A stretch of 64,000 bases of DNA, taken from an uncultured beta proteobacterium. GTDB lineage: Bacteria > Pseudomonadota > Gammaproteobacteria > Burkholderiales > Gallionellaceae. The stretch spans positions 9,134 through 73,133 of the forward strand of contig CAWHDU010000011.1 of NCBI GenBank assembly GCA_963828205.1. Direction: 5' to 3'. A model generated the notes under the pieces. The model did no database searches, had not been told where the DNA came from, and saw only the letters and a list, made by a program, of their open reading frames with translations. The position numbers and the translations under genes were made by a program. Positions within the stretch are counted from its first letter, which is position 1. Each line of letters opens with the position of its first letter. This document shows positions 8,237 to 17,177 of this stretch, in pieces.

Positions 8237-10813
8237 ATGGCAAATAATCTACTGATCGTCGAGTCGCCGGCCAAGGCCAAGACCCTGAAAAAATATCTGG
8301 GCAAGGATTTTGAAATCCTCGCCTCGTTCGGCCATGTGCGTGACCTGGTGCCCAAAACCGGTGCGGTCGATACCGAAAACGGTTTCGCGATGCAGTACGA
8401 GACCATCGCGCGCAACAGCAAACATGTCGATGCGATCGCGAAAGCCGCCGCGCAGGCCGACAACATCCTGCTGGCGCCCGACCCCGACCGCGAAGGGGAG
8501 GCCATCGCCTGGCATATCGCCGAACTGCTCAAGGCCAAGCGCGCGCTGAAAAACAAGAACATGCAGCGCGTGGTGTTCTACGAAATCACCCAGTCGGCGG
8601 TGCGCGAGGCGGTCGCCCACCCCCGCGAAATTTCCATGCCGCTGGTCAATGCGCAGCAGGCGCGGCGCGCGCTGGATTACCTGGTCGGCTTCAACCTGTC
8701 GCCGCTGCTGTGGCGCAAGATTCGCCCGGGGCTGTCGGCGGGGCGCGTGCAAAGTCCCGCGCTGCGCATGATCGTCGAACGCGAACTGGAGATCGAGGCG
8801 TTCAAGAGCCAGGAATACTGGAGCGTGCATCTCGATACGAATAAAGATCACCTGCCGTTCACCGCCAAGCTGTTCCAGTATCACGGCAAAAAACTGGAAC
8901 AGCTCAGCATCGGCAGCCAGGCCGAATACGATGCGATCCACGCCAAACTCGGCGATGCCAAACTGCCGCCCAAGGTGGTGCGCGTCGAGAAAAAAGCCAA
9001 GCAGCGCTATGCCGCCGCACCGTTCACTACCTCCACCATGCAACAGGAAGCGGTGCGCAAGCTCGGCATGACCGCCGACCGCACCATGCGCACCGCGCAA
9101 TCGCTGTACGAGGGTGTGGACATCGGCGGCCAAGGAGGTGGACAGACCGTCGGCCTGATCTCCTACATGCGTACCGACTCGGTATCGCTGGCCAAGGAAG
9201 CGGTGCAGGAGATCCGCGATTACATCAAGGATAATTTCTCGCCGGAATACCTGCCGTCCACCCAGCCCGCCTACAAGAGCAAGACCAAGAACGCGCAGGA
9301 ATCGCACGAGGCGATCCGCCCGACCTCGATCCTGCGCACGCCGGACAGCATCCGCGACCACCTGACCGCCGACCAGGCGCGCCTCTACGAGATGATCTGG
9401 AAGCGCACCCTGGCGTGCCAGATGGCGCCGGCGCGTTTCGATACGGTGAGCGTGGATATCCGCCTCGGCGGCGACACCACGCTGTTCCGCGCCTCGGGGC
9501 AGACGCTGGTGTTTCCCGGCTTCATCGGCGTGTACATGGAAGACGTGGATGACGCGGAGGAAGAGGAAGGCGGCAAGCTGCCGCCGCTGGCGGAAGGCGA
9601 CGTGCTGCCCATCGACAAACTGTATGGCGAACAGCATTTCACCCAGCCGCCGCCGCGCTACTCGGAAGCCAGCCTGGTCAAGTCGCTGGAAGAGCACGGC
9701 ATCGGCCGCCCATCCACTTACGCCACCATCATCTCCACCCTGCAAGCCAGGGAATACGCCGTTCTCGACAAGAAGCGCTTTGTTCCGACCGATGTCGGGC
9801 GCGTCGTCACGCGCTTTCTCACCGATCATTTCACGCGCTATGTGGATTACGGTTTCACCGCACACCTCGAAGACGAGCTGGACGAAGTTTCCGAAGGCAA
9901 GCGCGACTGGATCGGCGTGATGGAAGAATTCTGGAAAGGTTTTTCCGCGCTGATCAAACAAAAAGCAGACATCGACCGCCCGGTGGAGTTGCTCGACGAA
10001 GCATGCCCGGAATGCGGCAAGCCGCTCGCCAAAAAACTCAGCAAATACGGCAGCTTCATCAGTTGCACCGACTATCCGCAGTGCAAATACAAACGCAGCC
10101 TGAGCGGCGAAACGCAAGACGATGCCTCGGCAAGAGTGGAACTGGGTGTGCATCCCGAAGCCAAGCAACCCGTGTTGCTGTTGCGCGGCCCATATGGCCA
10201 CTACGTGCAGCTCGGCGAAGCGGCCAAAGGCGATAAGGTCAAGCCCAAGCGCGTCTCATGGCCGAAAGAAATGCCCGTCGAACAGGCCGATCTGGCAGGC
10301 GCGTTGAAGCTGCTTTCGCTGCCGCGCGAACTTGGCGCGCACCCGGGAACCGGCAAAAAAATCATCGTCAACATCGGCCGCTTCGGCCCCTACATCGGGC
10401 ACGACGGCAAATTCAAATCCATTCCGCGCAGCGACAGCATCTTCGACATCCGCTTGGATCGCGCCGTGGAATTGCTTGCGCAGGCGCGGGAAGGCAACAC
10501 CGTGCTGCGCACCCTCGGCGATCATCCGGACGACAAAGCCAGCGTCGAGATATGCAGCGGCCGCTACGGCCCCTACGCGCGCCACGGCAAGATCAACGCC
10601 ACGCTGCCGAAGGGCGTGCCGCCGGACGAAATCACGCTGGAAGAAGCGCTGGAATTGATCGCCGCCAAGGCCGCGAAGGGCGGGGCAGCGAAGACAAGGG
10701 TGGCGAAGAAACCTGCTTCCAAGGCGAAAGCCGTCAAGTCCAAGGAGCCTGTTAAAAAGGCTACTGTCGCAACCAAGCGGGCCACGAAAAAAACCATCAA
10801 GAAAAATGGCTAA
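8237..10813 (+). CDS. topA: DNA topoisomerase I (start likely ATG 8257)
   Basis: LLIVESPAKAKT, DPDREGEAI, SAGRVQS, catalytic 'ISYMRTDS', Zn ribbon and C-terminal repeats. Confidence 0.98.
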   Translation: MANNLLIVESPAKAKTLKKYLGKDFEILASFGHVRDLVPKTGAVDTENGFAMQYETIARNSKHVDAIAKAAAQADNILLAPDPDREGEAIAWHIAELLKAKRALKNKNMQRVVFYEITQSAVREAVAHPREISMPLVNAQQARRALDYLVGFNLSPLLWRKIRPGLSAGRVQSPALRMIVERELEIEAFKSQEYWSVHLDTNKDHLPFTAKLFQYHGKKLEQLSIGSQAEYDAIHAKLGDAKLPPKVVRVEKKAKQRYAAAPFTTSTMQQEAVRKLGMTADRTMRTAQSLYEGVDIGGQGGGQTVGLISYMRTDSVSLAKEAVQEIRDYIKDNFSPEYLPSTQPAYKSKTKNAQESHEAIRPTSILRTPDSIRDHLTADQARLYEMIWKRTLACQMAPARFDTVSVDIRLGGDTTLFRASGQTLVFPGFIGVYMEDVDDAEEEEGGKLPPLAEGDVLPIDKLYGEQHFTQPPPRYSEASLVKSLEEHGIGRPSTYATIISTLQAREYAVLDKKRFVPTDVGRVVTRFLTDHFTRYVDYGFTAHLEDELDEVSEGKRDWIGVMEEFWKGFSALIKQKADIDRPVELLDEACPECGKPLAKKLSKYGSFISCTDYPQCKYKRSLSGETQDDASARVELGVHPEAKQPVLLLRGPYGHYVQLGEAAKGDKVKPKRVSWPKEMPVEQADLAGALKLLSLPRELGAHPGTGKKIIVNIGRFGPYIGHDGKFKSIPRSDSIFDIRLDRAVELLAQAREGNTVLRTLGDHPDDKASVEICSGRYGPYARHGKINATLPKGVPPDEITLEEALELIAAKAAKGGAAKTRVAKKPASKAKAVKSKEPVKKATVATKRATKKTIKKNG

Positions 10814-10902
10814 GAATTTGAGGCTCCAGGTCGCCAGAGTGCATACCCGTAGGTATAATTGCGCCCTGCAATGACTCAGCTGGCCTGCCCAGAATATGCG
10901 AA

Positions 10903-11448
10903 ATGATTGCCAATCAAACCACTATTCCAGATTTGCTTATCATCGAACCAAAAGTATTTGGCGACGACCGCGGTTTCTTCTTTGAGAGCTTTAATCGGCG
11001 CAAATTTGCCGGGCTGACAGGCCGCGATGCGGATTTTGTGCAGGATAACCATTCGCGCTCGGCCAAAAACGTGCTGCGCGGCCTGCACTACCAGATACAA
11101 CACCCGCAAGCAAAACTGGTGCGCGTGGTGCAAGGCGCGGTACTCGATGTTGCGGTGGACATCCGCCGCAGCTCGCCAACTTTCGGGCAGCATGTCGCAG
11201 TGGAATTGTCCGCCGACAACAAGCGCATGCTGTGGATACCGGAAGGCTTTGCGCATGGCTTCGCCGTGCTTTCCGATACGGCGGAGTTTTTATACAAGAC
11301 CACGGATTACTGGCATCCGGAACACGAACGTTGCATCCGCTGGAATGATCCGGCCTTGGCTATCGATTGGCGGCTGGGGGGAACCCCTGTCCTTTCAGGC
11401 AAAGACGCGCAAGGAAAAACGCTCGCTGAAGCGGAACTGTTCGCATGA
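10903..11448 (+). CDS. rfbC: dTDP-4-dehydrorhamnose 3,5-epimerase
   Basis: FGDDRGFFFES, VQDNHSRS..NVLRGLHYQ, WIPEGFAHGF. Confidence 0.97.
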   Translation: MIANQTTIPDLLIIEPKVFGDDRGFFFESFNRRKFAGLTGRDADFVQDNHSRSAKNVLRGLHYQIQHPQAKLVRVVQGAVLDVAVDIRRSSPTFGQHVAVELSADNKRMLWIPEGFAHGFAVLSDTAEFLYKTTDYWHPEHERCIRWNDPALAIDWRLGGTPVLSGKDAQGKTLAEAELFA

Positions 11449-11834
11449 GTAATCGGCGCCGATTATGCCTGCCTTTACCGCGCGGCGGGAGGAAATGACG
11501 TTCAGGAAGTGCATGGTTGAGGAAAGCCGGCGACAAGATGCTTGCATCAGAATTGCCCAGTGAAAAGCTCGCGAGAAATTCAAGGGAACGCAGATTTAAT
11601 CCGTTCGTGGCGAGATTCGAAACATGAATGGCCTCAAAGCCTTCGACAAGCTCGGGCCGAACGGAATGTAATTTCTATTCGTGCCGGCCCGATAGGCGCT
11701 CCAAGTTTCTTTTTTGTAGTATCAGCATGATCGAAATAAATATCGCGCGGGAGTAATCGTTATGCTATGTTTTCGCCGTGTTGGCATGGTGTTGCATAAA
11801 AACCACAGTATTGCATAAATGAGTTGAAATTTTC

Positions 11835-11863
11835 TTGACGCTTATTTCTATATCGAATAGCCT
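11835..11863 (+). promoter_or_regulatory. Candidate sigma70 promoter for the lipoprotein gene
   Basis: TTGACG-17 bp-TAGCCT in an AT-rich intergenic region. Confidence 0.45.
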
Positions 11864-11945
11864 AGAAACTATTAAATAGACGGGCTTGGGTAGGCAGGTT
11901 CGGATAGGTGGATAATGTCCCTGGTGTTTTGATAAGGAATGGCCT

Positions 11946-12347
11946 GTGAATTTTGTAAAGCGGTTGGGCGCGTTACTTCTGGTTTTCGGTTTGGTTGGAT
12001 GTGCGGGTACAGAGATAAAATCGAACACCGCACGTGATAGGCAGGAGGTTGTTGGAAAGCGGGCGCAGTTACGTTGGGATGCGCTTGTAAAGGGGGATTT
12101 GGCCGCGGCGTACGAATATCTGAGCCCGGGTACGCGCAGTATGGTTTCTCTTGATGTTTACAAGAATAAAATTCGCCCCGGCCTGTGGCAAAGAGCGCGT
12201 GTTGAATCGGTGTCGTGCGAAGTAGATCAGTGCGAAGTTAATTTGCTGGTTGAATACAGCTACCGCGAAATGAAGGCCGCTGAATCACAAGTCAAGGAAC
12301 TCTGGCTGTTTGACAGCGGCGACTGGTGGTACATTCCAAAAAAATAA
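11946..12347 (+). CDS. Putative lipoprotein of unknown function
   Basis: Basic N-terminus, hydrophobic stretch and lipobox LVGC; 133 aa; directly upstream of the surface-protein gene. Confidence 0.75.
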   Translation: MNFVKRLGALLLVFGLVGCAGTEIKSNTARDRQEVVGKRAQLRWDALVKGDLAAAYEYLSPGTRSMVSLDVYKNKIRPGLWQRARVESVSCEVDQCEVNLLVEYSYREMKAAESQVKELWLFDSGDWWYIPKK

Positions 12348-12394
12348 TTTTTCGTATTTGCAAGGCTGGGATCAAGGCGAGAAAGGACATGCGT

Positions 12395-12800
12395 AAAAAA
12401 TCGATTGTAAGTTGAAAGAAGTGTGTTATAAAATGCTAAAATGGCAATTTTATTGAGAGTATTTTATCGAGAGTATCAACTTGATTGCCTGCTTGAAGGG
12501 CAGAATGAATTTAGCTGCAAGGAGGGGTAACTGATGGTGCATTCCGAAAAAGTAATCTCGTATAACAGGCAAGGAGGGGGTATGCGAGCAAAAAATCGAT
12601 TGTAAGTTGAAAGAAGTATGTTATACAATGAAGCCGTAGTGATTTATGGAAAGTAGTGCCTTACCTTACCTTACCTGTTTGGAAAGCAGAACGAAATTTG
12701 GCTGCAAGGGGTGGTAAAAGAAGTGTGTTACAAAAATATAGGTTGTAGTCATTTATCGAGAGTAGTACCTTACCTAATTTGAAAAAGGAGTAAACAAAAG
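12395..12800 (+). promoter_or_regulatory. Triplicated promoter/leader with two sigma70-like promoters and a final RBS
   Basis: AAAAAATCGATTGTAAGTTGAAAGAAGT(G/A)TGTTATA(A/C)AATG at 12395 and 12590. TTGTAA-18-TAAAAT and TTGTAA-18-TACAAT. Partial third copy at ~12717. AAAGGAG before ATG 12801. Confidence 0.7.
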
Positions 12801-14321
12801 ATGAACGTTTTCAAGAAAAATTCTGTATATATGGCCGTTCTGGCTGGCTTGGGTGCGATTGGCGCTGCTGGTACCGCGAGTGCTGTCCACGTAAATCCTG
12901 ATGGCCTTGGGCAGGTGTTGATTTATCCGTACTATACCGTGCGCAGTGCTGCTACCCCCATCGCTTCCGGTCAGTACAATACCTATGTTTCCGTGACCAA
13001 TACCACCGCCTCTTCCAAGGCGGTCAAGGTGCGCTTTATCGAAGGGAAGCATAGCCGCGAAGTTCTTGACTTCAACTTGTTCCTGTCGCCCTACGACACG
13101 TGGGCGGGTGTAGTTCTTCCGGTTAATGCCACTGCCGCCAATGGCGCAAAAGTGGTTACATACGACAAATCCTGTACTTGGGGTAATGTCGCCGCTGCCG
13201 GTTCAGCCGGTGTTCCATTCTCCAACCTGGCTTACATCAACGGCACCGCCGGCAATAACGCCGACTGGGAATCGGGTTCGCTGGATCGTACCAATGAAGG
13301 CTACATCGAAATCATGGAAATGGGCCGGATTGACACTGGCGTAGCTTTGGGCGCGGCTCTGAACACGGCGATCACCCACGTTAGCGGCGTAGCCCCTTGC
13401 ACCTCGTCTGTGCTGAATGCTGCCGACGTGGCTGGTCTGACCGGCTATCTGGTTGCCGGCAATGGCGGCCTGATGGGTGGCGCAACTCTTATCAATACGG
13501 CTACCGGCGTGGATTACGCTTATGACGCGATCGCCATCGACAACTGGGATGCTACAGCGGCCGGTGTGGGTTCCGCTGCTTCCTCGCTGAACCCGAGTAT
13601 CGTGGGCGGCAGCGTCTTGGTCAGTAACGTGTTCAATGGCGGCGCGGCTGCGACCGCAACCTGGCTGACCAACCAGAATGCGGTGAGTGCGGCCATGACA
13701 CGCAATACCGTGATGAACGAGTATGTGATGGATTCCGGAACTGCCTCCGCTACGGACTGGGTGGTCACTTTCCCGACCAAGCGCTTCTACGTGAACACGG
13801 AAGCTTCCAGCAGCGCGCATACCGCCGCGCCGTTCCCGTCGGGTTCGGCTGCTAACCGTCTGTTCAACCAGAACTTCGGAACGGGTGGTTCGTGCGATCT
13901 TTTCAACTACTCCTTGCGCGACCGCGAAGAGCAGTTGGATGCTCCACCCGGCAGCCTCTTCTCGCCGGCAGCCGGCACTAGCCCGCAGTCGTTGTGCTGG
14001 GAAACTAACGTGGTCACATTCGCACGTGGTTCCTTTACTGCCGGCACTGCTACCCCGATTCTGGGTTCGACCAACAGCGTTGGAGTTACCGTTCCGGCAA
14101 GTTTCAGCAATGGCTGGATGAGTATGACCTGGGCCGCCAGCGTAACGGTGAACTCGCCATCGATCACTCCTGCAGCCGGACTGGTTCACTACGGCCTGCC
14201 GGTGGTTGGCTTCATGGTGCAGGACTTCATCAACAGCACGATCGTAACCGGAACTGGTGCAGCAGCCGGCGCCGCGCACGGTGGTCAGTTTGTGCATAAG
14301 CATACCCGTGACATCCGTTAA
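12801..14321 (+). CDS. Major secreted cell-surface protein, probable S-layer subunit
   Basis: Sec signal ending TASA. Mature N-terminus VHVNPDGLGQVLIYPYYTV and C-terminal YGLPVVGF, which I recognise from proteobacterial 'cell surface protein' annotations. Ala/Gly/Thr/Ser-rich; codon use (gct, ggt, ttc, aac) suggests high expression. Confidence 0.7.
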   Translation: MNVFKKNSVYMAVLAGLGAIGAAGTASAVHVNPDGLGQVLIYPYYTVRSAATPIASGQYNTYVSVTNTTASSKAVKVRFIEGKHSREVLDFNLFLSPYDTWAGVVLPVNATAANGAKVVTYDKSCTWGNVAAAGSAGVPFSNLAYINGTAGNNADWESGSLDRTNEGYIEIMEMGRIDTGVALGAALNTAITHVSGVAPCTSSVLNAADVAGLTGYLVAGNGGLMGGATLINTATGVDYAYDAIAIDNWDATAAGVGSAASSLNPSIVGGSVLVSNVFNGGAAATATWLTNQNAVSAAMTRNTVMNEYVMDSGTASATDWVVTFPTKRFYVNTEASSSAHTAAPFPSGSAANRLFNQNFGTGGSCDLFNYSLRDREEQLDAPPGSLFSPAAGTSPQSLCWETNVVTFARGSFTAGTATPILGSTNSVGVTVPASFSNGWMSMTWAASVTVNSPSITPAAGLVHYGLPVVGFMVQDFINSTIVTGTGAAAGAAHGGQFVHKHTRDIR

Positions 14322-14341
14322 TAGCTGAAGTCATTGGTTTG

Positions 14342-14374
14342 AAAACGGGCGAGAGCGATCTCGCCCGTTTTTTT
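14342..14374 (+). terminator. Intrinsic terminator after the surface-protein gene
   Basis: AAAACGGGCGAGA-GCGA-TCTCGCCCGTTTT followed by a T-tract. Confidence 0.9.
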
Positions 14375-14494
14375 ATGGGCGAAACAGAATATGCTTTCTC
14401 GAGAGAAAATGACCGCTTGGGAAAATTGCAGGCGCACTTGCGGGCATACGCACATATACATAGCGACAGAAATCGTAGCGGGCGGTTCTCGGGG

Positions 14495-14981
14495 GTGGGG
14501 GAGGCCAGCGCGCAGCGACCGGAGCATACACAGCAGATGTGAGGATCGCGACAACGAAGTTGCGGTGCAGGCTCACACATTCACAGTAGTCGTCATTCCG
14601 GCGAAGGCCGGAATCCGGTTTATAAAATAACTCCGCGCAGCGGACAAAGCCGTGTACTGGATGCTGTCCCACTGCGTGGGTGTCTTGATAATTCAGTGAG
14701 GTAAACCCCCGGCTATGCCGGGGGACTCAGTTAGGTTTGACCGTTCCGGCAGTTATTAAAGAGCAACATAAAATTCAGCGGCATCATTCCCTCCCCCTTG
14801 CAGGGGGAGGGCTAGGGAGGGGGTAGAAACTAAGCATGGGCACAATCAAAATTTCTACCCCCATCCCAACCTTCCCCCTGCATGGGGGAAGGAGTAAAAA
14901 GCCCGCCGCCTTCAGGCGGCTCACGGTTTTATCGGCACCTTTGAGAGGCTCATCTAATAAGCCCCCGGCTATGCCGGGGGT
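14495..14981. repeat. Mosaic of several REP/MITE-like elements
   Basis: GTCATTCCGGCGAAGGCCGGAATCC (14592), paired CCCCCGGCTATGCCGGGGG hairpins (~14706 and ~14962), and an inverted pair of TCCCTCCCCCTTGCAGGGGGAGGG-type palindromes (14788-14893). Confidence 0.8.
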
Positions 14982-15123
14982 TAATTCCGCACATGCAGAT
15001 TTGAGCGGAAGATTGCCATCTATTTGAACTTTTTAGAGTGGCGGATGCCTATGCTGGTGAGTTAGAATGCGGGGTGGGCAAATGCAGGGCAGATGCAAAT
15101 AATTAAGCAAGGCAAGGACACAA

Positions 15124-17162
15124 ATGCTCAATGGCAAAAAAGCGGAAATAGCGGCGATATTATCGGGGATCATGTTTGCGCTGGCGAGCGGAGCTGCCGG
15201 TTCAATCACCTATACGTATCCTTTTCCGGCAAATTGCTCCGCAATCACTATTGCCCCATCAGGCGCGATCAGTTGCTCCCCCGGAACGCCTGTCAGATTC
15301 ACTTTTGCAGGTCCGATTTCCTGTTCGGGACTGGCGATTTCTGCGTCCGGCGCGGTCAGTTGCGCATTGGTGCCGGAAGGTTGCATGCTGGGCGCATCAT
15401 CCGCCACGCCCGCCCCGGGAGACACGATCACCCTCACGGCTTCGGGCTGCAAGCAAAGTCCGGCCAGCTATAGCTGGACGGGCAGTGGGATCGCCGTTGC
15501 CGATTCGAATACGGCTCAAAATACCACAAGCGTCACCATTCCTTCATCCGCATCCGCAGGCCCCTATCCATATTCGGTGATCGCCAGCAACGCAGCCGGC
15601 GCGGGTACGGTCGCCGGCACTACGGTCAGGGTCACGGTTCCGGGTTACATGGGCCTTTTGCCTATATCGCGAACCACACTACTCCGGGCACCTTGTCGGT
15701 GCTGGATACCACAACCAACCTTGTCTCCAAGATTGTGCCGGTTCGTGCCAACCCCGTCGGTGTGGCAGTTAATCCGACGGGAAGCAGGGTGTATGTCACG
15801 AACGCCACTGACAACTCCGTTTCGGTGATCGACACCGCCACCCACGAAATCATCCAGGTTAAAGACCCCCTGAATGCCAGCAGCACGCTCCCTTATATCG
15901 GCGTAGGCCTGGCTCCCTACGGCATTGCGGTCAACCCGTCAGGAACCGGCGTGTACGTGGCGAATAGCGCAAGCAACAGCGTTTCGGTGATCGATGCCTT
16001 GAATAATGCCGTAACCGCTTCACCCGTGCCTGTAGGGAATATGCCTTACGGTATTGCGGCACACCCGAGCAAGCCGAAAATATATGTGACCAACTACGGC
16101 GGAAACAGTGTTTCAGTGATCGATACGAGTAACAATACATTGCTTTACAACCAAGCCAACGGAGTGGCGGCGGGGAAATATTCGTTCAGCAAGCCATACG
16201 GTGTCGCGGTTGACCCGAAAGGGGATTATGTTTATGTGGCGAACGAGGGCAGCAACAGAGTTTCCGTGATCAAGGCCGATATCGATACCGTATTATTTGA
16301 AGTGCAGGTGGGAAGCAAGCCGCACGGTGTGGCGGTGAATCGGGATGGAAAGGTCTATGTTGTCAACAGCGCTGCCGGAATAACCGGTGAGCAAGGAACA
16401 GTATCGGTGATCGAGATTACCGATTTCGCCAATGGCCTCGCGCGCGTGACAACTCTGGATGGCCTGGGAGCGCTGCCCAATTTTATCGCTTTCAACCCGG
16501 CGGGCACGCTGGCGTACGTGACCAATTATCAGTCTAATAACATTTCCGCGTTCGATGTGGCCGCCGCCAACCTTGCGCCCTCCGCCGTGCCTGCCGGCGC
16601 CGGCCCTTACTCGTTCGGGCAGTTCGTGGGACCGGCCATCCGTTCGGCCACGGCGCAGGATTTTGTCACGGTCTACGAATTTTATCACGCCGGATTGAAT
16701 CACTATTTCCGCACTGCCAGCGCCGCAGAAGCCAGCGGCATCGATAGCGGTGCGGCTGGGCCTGGCTGGGTTCGCACGGGCGACAACTTTAAGGCCTATT
16801 CCGCTTCGGCCACTTCGGGCGGGGCTGTTTCCGTTTGCCGTTTTTACGGCTCGATGTCCCCTGGCCCCAACTCCCATTTTTATACAGCCAGCCAACAGGA
16901 ATGCGATGGCCTCAAGGCGCTCCAGCAAAATACGCCCGCCAGCGAAAAGCGCTGGAATTATGAAGGGCTGGCTTTCTCTATCAGCCTGCCGCCGGCCAGC
17001 GGATGCCCGGCAGGTTTTGCTCCCGTCTACCGGCTTTATAACAATGGATATAGCAAGGGCGAAGATTCAAATCACCGCTATACCACACTGCTGTACGAAT
17101 ACCAGAGGCTTATATCCGCCGGCTGGAGCGGGGAGAGCGTCGTGATGTGCTCTCCTTTATAA
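15124..17162 (+). CDS. Secreted protein: Cys-loop N-module, Ig-like domain, YVTN beta-propeller, C-terminal DUF5648-like domain (apparent -1 frameshift at ~15655)
   Basis: ORFs 15124-15828 and 15693-17162 join at ...GGGCCTTTTGCC, giving G-P-F-A-Y-I-A-N. Repeated 'VYVTN..SNSVSVID'. C-terminal 'VYEFYHAGLNHYFRTA...VCRFY...NSHFYTA...VYRLYNN...NHRYTT'. Confidence 0.82.
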
Positions 17163-17177
17163 ACAAGGGAACAGTAA

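Noticed and set aside
8249-10201. Long antisense or alternative-frame ORFs (also 2829-3680, 4312-4929, 13203-14303, 35196-36722, 57117-58349, 57541-58638, 61492-62508)
   Set aside because: Shadow ORFs of high-GC genes or REP-spanning frames with no protein motifs.
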